Source of the DNA: Trichoplax sp. H2
Lineage: Eukaryota
NCBI GenBank assembly: GCA_003344405.1
Contig: NOWV01000188.1
Coordinates: 1 to 64,000 of the forward strand
Direction: 5' to 3'
Length of the DNA stretch: 64,000 nucleotides
Shown here: positions 54,307-64,000 of the stretch, piece by piece
How positions within the stretch are numbered: position 1 is the stretch's first letter
Layout: every line of letters starts with the position of its first letter
Made by a program: the position numbers and the translations under genes
Notes under the pieces: model-generated
The model's database searches: none
What the model saw: only the letters and a program-made list of their open reading frames with translations
Told to the model about the DNA's origin: nothing

Positions 54307-57300
54307 CTAATTGTCAGGATTTGAATTATTTAATACTTTGAAATACAGAATAGCCGAATCGTTGAAAATATCTTTATAGTCGAAGGTATTGGGTATAATA
54401 TTTTCGTCGACAAACGTAAGAGCCTGAAATGCATAAACGAATAAATTATATAGTATTGCTGTATGTTTAAAAATTTGGTAAATAAGTGGCTAATACGGTT
54501 ATATGTAAATTATAATATACTGAAGAACATACATTATATATATAAAAGGCTTCCAGTTGTGCTCTTTGGCAAGATAATCTACAGGAATAGGCGCGTTTGC
54601 ACAAATACAAATACACCGTATTAAAATATGTTTTCAATAATGTTGATAGTTTTATCTTACACTTGAAAATACTAAGTATCTTATGTACTTGTACGACAAT
54701 AATAAAGCAGTAGGCTTACCGTAAGCTATAATTGCTAAAGCAATTGCCCACAATAATCACATTTCTTAAATTATTTCGAGGCCAGTTCGAGGCTAGTAGA
54801 TTATTATACATATCTCGTTCACAATGCACCATATAAAATAAAGTTCCCATCTGAACGCATCTTTTGCAATCCTTGGATTAAATAAAAACTTGATAATATG
54901 AGCCAATATTTTAATGACGAGTACCAGATAATTCCTGGATAGATATTTTTTAGCAATGAAAACTAAACTGTTAAATTTCATAACTACCATACTAGTAGAC
55001 TTACGCATAAGTGATAATTACTATTTTATTACTATAATGCGAATAGGCGTGCGAGTAATAAAATGATTTATAATGACAGTCTGAAATTATACGTGGCTTT
55101 AAGCTGCTTAGCTAATGTTAACCTCATTTTCTGTTATAATCTGCAATCCAAAGTCTTGCAAAATTTCCTTTTCATCAGACGTAAAAACCGGATCAAAAAT
55201 TGAACATCTATTCTTAATCTTGTATAAATTTAAAAATCCCATTTAAAACCAATATACTGTATATAAAATGTAATATTTGGATATCATAACTGCGCAAATA
55301 ATTAATTAAAGGACTATGCACATAAAAAAAACATAACAGACACTATAGCACATGGTATTAGTCGTGGTTTATGACATTTTAACTTACTTGTAGTTTCTCT
55401 ATCAATATAAGTAATAGTGCTAGTTGATATCTAGCTGATGCTGACGACAGAAAATTTCCAAGACCATAACAGACAATTTCTTTTATAGCAGCAGTTGATT
55501 CTCTGTTAAGTACTATATTAGGAGGTAAATTGCTACTACAAGAACTACTTCCTAGATCAGAATGCCCAGTCTCTTCTACCAGATGAGAAGGAGCTAAAGG
55601 TGACAGACATGATGAGATATTCGTCAGAGTCTCATCCACATTAGATGAAGAAGCGAGCTGATGCTGATTGATAGAAGATTCTGTTCCTTGTACTGTTGAT
55701 ATTTTCGTTTTAGGATTTACAGTCTCGATATTTCTATTACATTTTTTCGTTGAAGCAATGTTGCTAGCATACCAGTTATTAATTGAATTTTCCAATGTAG
55801 CTTGAAGATGAAGGAATAAAGAATTTTATAATGTTGTTGCTAAATTTTTTCTATCTAATTTACAAACTATATATATGTGTTATGACTATGGTAAGCTTAA
55901 GTTGAAATCTGATGCTTTATAGCTGCAAAGTTACATTGTACTGCTGAAGTAACGATGTGGCCAACAGTAATAATTATTAGTTATATTTAAACGGTAACTA
56001 GCATTTCATATGTAGGCTGTAGAAAGTGACTCAGGGCACAAGATCTGTGAAGAACTTACACGGGAATGACTTATTAATTAAAGTAATAGCCTTGAGATCG
56101 CTATACTAAATAGTTTTCAAGGAGGGTACTGCAGCAGAGATCTACTTGAATGATTAAAAAGCAGTACAATACTATCATAATGATTATTGTGAAGTGGATT
56201 ACTGGTAAGACAATAAATTGTTGAGCGGTAAAGAAAGTTATACCAGAGATTACGATTATGAAGTCTTCCTTACATTTGGGAGTAGAAATGATGCTGGAGA
56301 GATAATTATAATCGTACTTTTCTATAGTTATATTGATATATGATTGTTCCTCCGTTTAGCATCAAACGAATTTTTAATTTTTTATACTACTTAAAGATGA
56401 ACATTAATAGTATTATATGATTTCAGTAACAGAGTGAGCTGTAGGAGAATTATCTCCCAACTGGACTATAACATTATGGTAAAATTTTAAACATTGGAAA
56501 ACGTTCCTTTAAACACATCCATGTAAAACAACTCGATGTCATATATGACAATTATTACAGGAAATACTATTAGCTTGCCGAATAAACACCTCTACAAGCT
56601 TACTTTATTAAGTTAGCAGCACTATGTAACGTACGATTGCTATCAAGCGAATGCTTTAATAACATTAAAAGTAAAATTTGTAGTAATTAGAATAAGTTCA
56701 TAGTAGGATCGCTTACCGAAAAATATGCCATAAAATTTGCTGTTGAAGATTCGTTTCCTATACATATATGCGTAGTAAAGGATATTTAAGACACCAATGA
56801 AGTAAAGGTCTCACTATCGCACTACGTGTGGTTTAAAAGTGATAGCTTGAAATCTTGATATCAAGTCTTGTACTTACAACGAATAGTACTATTTCTATTG
56901 TCTTATAAGCTTATAGTAGAAATTTTTTATACGCATACAATTGCAAATTGTGCAATTATGTAGACTTTATTTTTTGTATAACATTATTTACTGAATTTTA
57001 CAGGCTAAGTTTTGATACCAATAAGGTTAGCATGGTATAGACGATACATTTTGTTGTTTAATATTGTAACTATTACATTACAATAAATGATGTTGGCACA
57101 AAATTTTGAAATCTCTGTTGATGAAATAGTGTAATTATATAGTATATTTAAGTGTAATGTAATATAACTATCATGCTAGTTTTGTATCAAGTTGAAGCTC
57201 AAGTCCCAGCATATGTAGTTTTAAATAATTTATTTTTGAAGAGCTTGCAAATATTGCATAACGCATATACGAGTATAGCAGGTAAAGCCTTTCTCTTTTG

Positions 57301-57605
57301 TGCGAAACTGGATAAAATCACTGCATTGGCGCTCATTACTAGGGTTGACAATACTGGTTACCATTCATGCATTACCGTAAATAGCTGATATTTAATTAGG
57401 TTAAGATACAGACTTGAAAGATCACTTACTTGCACTTATCAATCTTTTTCACTTGTTCAGCCTTATTGCACAGTGGTTTGCATGTGTCGTCATCGTAGCT
57501 ATGTGAGGTGACCAGTTCACGATTGGTAGATTTGTAAACCTTTCTATTACGTTTTCTACGTGTATTTTGCCTTGTGACCAATGTAAAACCATCGTCTTCA
57601 TTCAT
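54307..57605 (-). CDS. SRRD: SRR1-like (sensitivity to red light reduced 1 domain) protein, 7 coding exons
   Basis: DDGFTLVTR..RRKR; EIVCYGLGNFLSSASARYQLALL; IFDPVFTSDEKEIL; TLFYMVHC..MYNNLLASNW; IIVGNCF; DIFNDSAILYF. Exons about 57605-57430, 56757-56717, 55800-55388, 55219-55123, 54871-54720, 54579-54534, 54423-54307. Confidence 0.92.
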
Positions 57606-59213
57606 CACCAAATTACTTCGCGATTCCTTACAGGTATCAAAGAAAAAGGTAATAAGTATTGAATTAGTTGCTCTTTAACAAAAGATCCATTGACTTTGGC
57701 GAGTAGTCGGTACAGCATACAAATTACTATGACACATTCTTGCTCCTGCCTTTTTGAATGATACTCTTCAGTCAGCAATAGATCTCATAGGTCAATTATT
57801 GAGGATATCATACATGTGCACTACATGTTGTCGTGAGTGTGCCCAATTAGACATTATGTCGATTAAATATTTGTACTATATACATTACCTTGCGTGTAAG
57901 AAATCGCTAACGCTACCACAACATGCAAAACAGTACTATACAGTATTCAACTATGAAATGATTCATTTTCAGGACTACTTTCTAGCCGTAAAAATAGCAG
58001 TAGATCGTTGCTTCTCTAATTTTGGAAGCACACCACTGTAGATATATTTGTAGCCCTTCAGCTGAAATCTGTCAATTCTGAATGTACAGATACGAAGATT
58101 TCAGTACTGTACATACAAGCTTACACTAACTCACTAACCCAGAGGTATTTCATCTATTTTTCGCTACTTTGTTTAGCTTGTGATGCTATAAAATAAGGAC
58201 AACATGATTACTCCAGTTTTCTACTATCTTAGTGTGACACCTTTACTATCTCTATTGACACGAAATGATTGCAACCATGACTACTGGATACTATGTGATT
58301 TTCTTCTCGTGTCCAAATTATAGTTAGGATTACACGTTGCACACTTTACTGTTTGGTAAAATTATACTGTACGATGCTTAGTGATAATAATCCAGATACT
58401 TGTGAAAATATTAATATTATTAAGGCTACAAAACTATTGGATTGTACTAACGACTTGTAAGGAGAAATTTCTAATGCCGAAATACAGTACAGTATCCTAT
58501 CGATGATAGTAGCATAGCTATTGGATTTATCTCGAACAGTCAAGTAAGATATCTCTTCAGTTATAGCATTCTCTATCCTATTTTTAAAGCAGCTGACATC
58601 CATGACAATAACAGTGGCATTATGGCTGTCATTGAAGTCCTACGCGTATGCACAAGCAATGGATTATACCTTAACCTGATCCTAAACGCCAGCTTGAATT
58701 TTCTTGTCAAGGCCGTAAAAGACTATGCAGCTCCATTCACTGTAAAAGTGCGTTCAAGTGTGCAAATTCTTCAGTGATTCTTGACGATGACGAGCTTAAA
58801 ACAGTGGATTTTCTAACATAGCCAAAGCAGAGTGTAGCATTAATAAGTCAAGTAGGATGAATGAGCATAAAAGTACAGCAATAAATTGCATCAAAATGAT
58901 ATCCAGAAACTCCAACAAGGTTAAGCAATATTGGCATTTCGGTTCTACAAATCAATTCAATATTGATTGTAACCAGCGTAACCGGTGAACCGGTACGGTA
59001 CGATACAGAACAATTTCGAGTACTTGCTGCTGTAGCAGTACCGTACCGAACTGTACCGAACTATACTGTACAGTGTACAGTGTACAGTACGAGCGTATAG
59101 TACTGTGCACTGTAATACTGGACTGGACTGGACTAGAGAGCAGAACGAAACCCGTTAAGAACTATTCTGGTAGATCTAATGGTCGATTCATTAGTATGGG
59201 ATCGCAAAAGTGG

Positions 59214-60490
59214 GACATTGCCCCAAATAATGCTCCAATCTTGTCAATGCGTTGCATTTATTCATATCATCCTATAGAAGGCAAATGGAGTCGAATGCAG
59301 CGTATTGGCAATAACCGATGACAGCAATTCTACTGCAGTATTGCTAGTCGTTGATTCATTATAATTAGTATGTGATCCTTGAGGTTAGACATTGCCCCAA
59401 ATAATGCTCCAAATCTTGCCTATGCATTGCATTTATTCATATCATCCTATAGAAGGCAAATGGAGTCGAATGCAGCGTATTGGCAATAACCGATGACAGC
59501 AATTCTACTGCAGTATTGCTAGTCGTTGATTCATTATAATTAGTATGTGATCCTTGAGGTTAGACATTGCCCCAAATAATGCTCCAATCTTGTCCATTTG
59601 TCGTATTTATTCATATCATCCTATAGAATGAATGATGGAAAATAGAATCGATTAGCAACGACTACTAAATAGCAGGTGGATGTAGTAGTCATGGTACTGT
59701 ATTAGTGACATGGGGTAGTGATTAGGGTAATTCGAAAGTATTATTTCCAGTACTCAACAGTGTATAGTAGTTCATTCATCAATTCCTTGTATTTATTCAT
59801 ATTATCCTATAAAATGAAAGAAGGTGAATGGAGTGTATTAGCATGGGATACTAAATTACAGCTGGATATGGTAGTCAATGGTATTAGTGATTACAGTGAT
59901 TCTATAATACTATTTCTAATAATTTATTGATTAGTATGTCATCCTAGAAGATGAATATTGCCCAAAGTAATACTCCAAATCTTGTCAATTCGTTGCATTT
60001 ATTCATATTATCCTGTAGAATGAAAGAAGGCGAATGGAGCGTATAACATGGACTACTAAATTATAGGTTCATCTAGTGGTCTAGTATTCCATGGTATTAC
60101 TCACATTAGTCACCTACCACTAGAAAGAACCCATTACTTTAATTCTACTTTAATTCTAGTATTTCTAGTGGCCTGTAGTAAACATCAGTATGTGGTCTTA
60201 GCAGTTGGAAATTACACGAAATAATGCTCCAATCTTGTCAATTCGCCATATTTATTCACATCATGCTATAGAAAGAAAGAAGTCAGATGAAACGTATTTG
60301 TGACATTAGTCACGGACGAGTAGAAAGTAGAAAGAATCCATTATTAATATTCTAGTATTTCTAGTGGTCCGTACATTAGTATATCATCCCAGAAGTTGGA
60401 TATTGCCCCAAATAAATGCTCAAATCTTGTCAATTCATTCTATTGATTCATATCATCTTATAGAGTGAAAGAAGGCGAATGGAACGATAA
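59214..60490 (+). repeat. Tandem repeat array, ~175-250-bp unit, ~7 copies of decreasing identity
   Basis: gacattgccccaaataatgctccaatcttgtc...tttattcatatcatcctatagaa at about 59214, 59388, 59563, 59735 (degenerate), 59955, 60210 and 60400. Confidence 0.9.
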
Positions 60491-62672
60491 AAGTTGAATG
60501 TGTAGAAATAGCTGGTCTAAATAATATTCAAGATATTGGCTATAATATCGAGTATAATGTAGAGTATAATTTGGTATGCATCTCAATGTATAGTTTAACC
60601 GAAAAGAAGTATTTTATGAGCCCCCAAATTTTCTCTGTACAGGGACGATTCATCAATTTCATTTATCCTAGTGTGACTAAAAATCTGGATTTTAATACCA
60701 TAATGTAGATTTTAGAGATAAAAGGCTAAAACATTCGAAGGAATATTTTGTATGTATATGACGTTATAAGTAAAAGTTATAATTTCCTAAGACTTTAGCA
60801 TATAGCCTTAAAGGTAGTTTGTACAGCTTCAAGCCTTTAAAACAAATCACTTCTCGCTTAATTTCATTGAACATTACTCTTCTTATAAAACCTTAACTCT
60901 CATCTAGAGTCACACAAGTATGAGAAACCTTAGGGAGTCGCTAGAATAGGCAGTGTTGGGTACCATTAAAAAGTTCCGTTTGGTAGTACTGCACAAAATT
61001 TAGTCTTTTCTGTTCTGTTACCTAGCGTAGAGACACCATTAATGCTGATTATTATTTTTCAGTATTGCAGCCATTTTATATATCATAGTAACCATAGTCA
61101 TTTCGTTACGATGTCAAATGTTCATTTTTAATAACTTTCACATAAAATTTAAAGATAAATCACATTATAGGAAGCATCATTTCCACTGCATATGATACCA
61201 ATAAAAGTTACGAATTTTTAAGATTTAAGCATTTAATCATGTAAAAAACAGGTGAGATGAAGAATGATAATCAATATCTTGAGCTATCTATGAACTTATC
61301 TGTATTCTATATTTAGGTTCTCATTATACTGTGGAATAAAATTTAAAATAAGTATATCTGATTAGAATAAAAACTTATCAAACTTGTACCTTAGGTTTCA
61401 TGCCATAACTAGCTATACTTGTACATCATGCACTTTGCAAAAAGTCTTACTCTAGGCTAACAGTACAATTATAATAGTTATGATCAAGTAATTATCATAG
61501 TTTTTGTGATAAACTATCATTTTAAAAGAATGATTTTTAAGGTCTAATATTGTTAATCACATGGTACCGACATATCACTATGGCCTATGATACTGTATAC
61601 TAATGAGAAACATAAAAGATGTTCGTATATACGTATGTATGTATGCTTTAGTCCAAACTTATAGAATACTTTTGTGCTTTATTGGAAATTTTGCTGGTGT
61701 AAGAAGAAAACAGCTGATTGCCTGCTATTATATTATTATTATAAAGCCATGATCATGTAATGGATATCATAGTACAAGATATGACCTGAAAGCAGGTGCA
61801 CAACTTTGGAAATCTAATTAGTTATGTTTAATACAATTATTACTAAACAATACGAATTTTACAGAAGGGAAATAGACGACCTTGTAAGTTAATCTATGGA
61901 GCGATCAGGCATTCACGAGTGATTAATCTGGTCGTAGGTTAAAATTACTATGAACTACAATAGTTTGTATTTCAATTTGAAATCAACTGATTACACGGTT
62001 TTAAGATAGTAAAGTAATACGAANNNNNNNNNNNNNNNNNNNNCAGATGAAACGTATTTGTGACATTAGTCACGGACGAGTAGAAAGTAGAAAGAATCCA
62101 TTATTAATATTCTAGTATTTCTAGTGGTCCGTACATTAGTATATCATCCCAGAAGTTGGATATTGCCCCAAATAAATGCTCAAATCTTGTCAATTCATTC
62201 TATTCATTCATATCATCTTATAGAGCGAAAGAAGGCGAATGGAACGATAAAAGTTGAATGTGTAGAAATAGCTGGTCTAAATAATATTCAAGATATTGGC
62301 TATAATATCGAGTATAATGTAGAGTATAATTTGGTATGCATCTCAATGTATAGTTTAACCGAAAAGAAGTATTTTTTGAGCCCCCAAATCTTCTCCATGA
62401 TCATGTAATGGATATCATAGTACAAGATATGACCTGAAAGCAGGTGCACAACTTTGGAAATCTAATTAGTTATTTTTAATACAATTATTACTAAACAATA
62501 CGAATTTTACAGAAGGGAAATAGACGACCTTGTAAGTTAATCTATGGAGCGATCAGGCATTCACGAGTGATTAATCTAGTCCTAGGTTAAAATTACTATG
62601 AACTATAATGGTTTGTATTTCAATTTGAAATCAACCAATTACACGGTTTTAAGATAGTAAAGTAATACGAAT
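60284..62672. other. Assembly gap (62023-62043) with overlapping haplotype copies
   Basis: 60284-60635 plus 61748-62022 recur contiguously at about 62044-62672. Confidence 0.88.
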
Positions 62673-64000
62673 ACTCTGCATAGATCACCTATACGCACGT
62701 AAATAAAGTTCTGAAAGAATTTCAGTAGATTACAATATCCGACACTTACAAATTTTGCTCTACCGAGTAAATATTCACTATGATGTCTACTTTTGTAGAC
62801 ATCATTACTAAACTGTCAATCTCTATTCAACTTTACAGTGCTATAATTAAGAAATTTCTTTTGTCTAACTTCAAACACCTGGAAAAATCTTATTAATAAA
62901 CGAACTTTGTGATAGTTATAACGATGTTATGGATGAAAATATCGACGAGTTATTTGATCGCATATTATAAAATCTAAGTATTTATATATTAATATGCAAA
63001 TATAAAAAATCCTTTACTCTTAATTTTTGGAGTCAAGAGTAGATTCGACAAAAATCAAAAAAGGAAAATATTTCCTCAATAATATTTATAAATTTTATGG
63101 ACAGATTAGATCGTAGCTAATCGTAAAAGTAATAATTATTCCAGTTAAAGCAGTAAAATAGAGTTCACTTTCCTGTAATGAGTGAGGTTATGCTGATGAA
63201 AACATGACATTACAGTGATTAAGCTGGTATCTATTGTCAAAGAGATTAATATTTGTTTACGGCGTTCATTACACAGTACCTACTTTACTTAATGCATGGA
63301 TTTATCACTTCAATGAATAATATATCTATGGTACAGTAATTATTGCATAATGTATAGATGTGTTGGTCATTATTGCCTATGATATCGATTCCGCACTGCA
63401 TTCTCGTTTTATGTGTACAAGAAACTCACTATACGGTAATTTTAAAGACAATAATGGACAACATATATTCTCCAAAGATATCCATACCCTTTGTGATTAT
63501 CATCCGATATCACTTTAGGCGGTAATTATAAATCATTTACGTATTACTTAATAATCTTTAATAAATTTCTTATCATCCCAATCAGAAGTATATTTTTAGA
63601 TTAAAAGTATTAGCAGAGCTAAAAACAGTACTCTCTAATATCAGCATATATGTACATCATCCGCTGTTTATGGACATATTACATCACAGGAAGTATACAC
63701 TACATATTTACATAAGTACCGCAATATAAGAAGTACCGGCATACAGAGAAAGATGACCGTCAATAAACAATTATGCATGTTAATGACATGATTTAGTTTT
63801 CTTAAGTGATAAACTATACTAATACAAAATTTAAATAGGAAAAAAATTTGCTTTGTTAAATTGAACCATTTAATTTTAAGCAAACAAAACTTTGAATGCA
63901 AATTATTTAAACTTGTAGGCAGAGATGAACAAAGGCATTGCAGTGAGGGGAAACTTATAATTTTCAAAATCTACGGGTATAAACAATAAGGCCTTGATAA

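Noticed and set aside
59214-60490. CRISPR-like array
   Set aside because: Units are long with no unique spacers, the context is eukaryotic, and there are no cas genes.
57754-63967. Short ORFs at the right end (58346, 59073, 62124, 63668 and others)
   Set aside because: No recognisable motifs or phase-consistent exon chain; several lie in repeats.

Overview
Eukaryotic (animal) nuclear DNA: AT-rich, gene-compact, with short GT-AG introns and two N-gaps. The style suggests a compact early-branching metazoan such as a placozoan; that is an inference I cannot verify. Hand-splicing gives five genes. (1) A + strand gene (5553-10246, first exon unresolved) joining an IRF1/2-type DNA-binding domain in frame to ZU5-ZU5-UPA, a Pro-rich linker and a C-terminal death domain. 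This puts a transcription-factor head on an ankyrin/PIDD/UNC5-type scaffold and is the most striking feature; the death-domain exon is absent from the ORF track. (2) A - strand BCR/ABR homologue (31474-12172; coiled coil, DH, PH, C2, RhoGAP) apparently extended by a ~2,650-aa low-complexity tail with repeated short motifs. (3,4) Two - strand paralogous 109-aa secreted prepropeptides with an identical 10-Cys framework (38165-38494, 49345-49674) in long gene-free DNA. (5) A - strand SRR1/SRRD-like gene (57605-54307). Also present: a decayed hAT-like transposase fragment with adjacent tandem repeats, several minisatellites, TACAG/CTGTA palindromic tracts, and haplotype-overlap duplications at both gaps.
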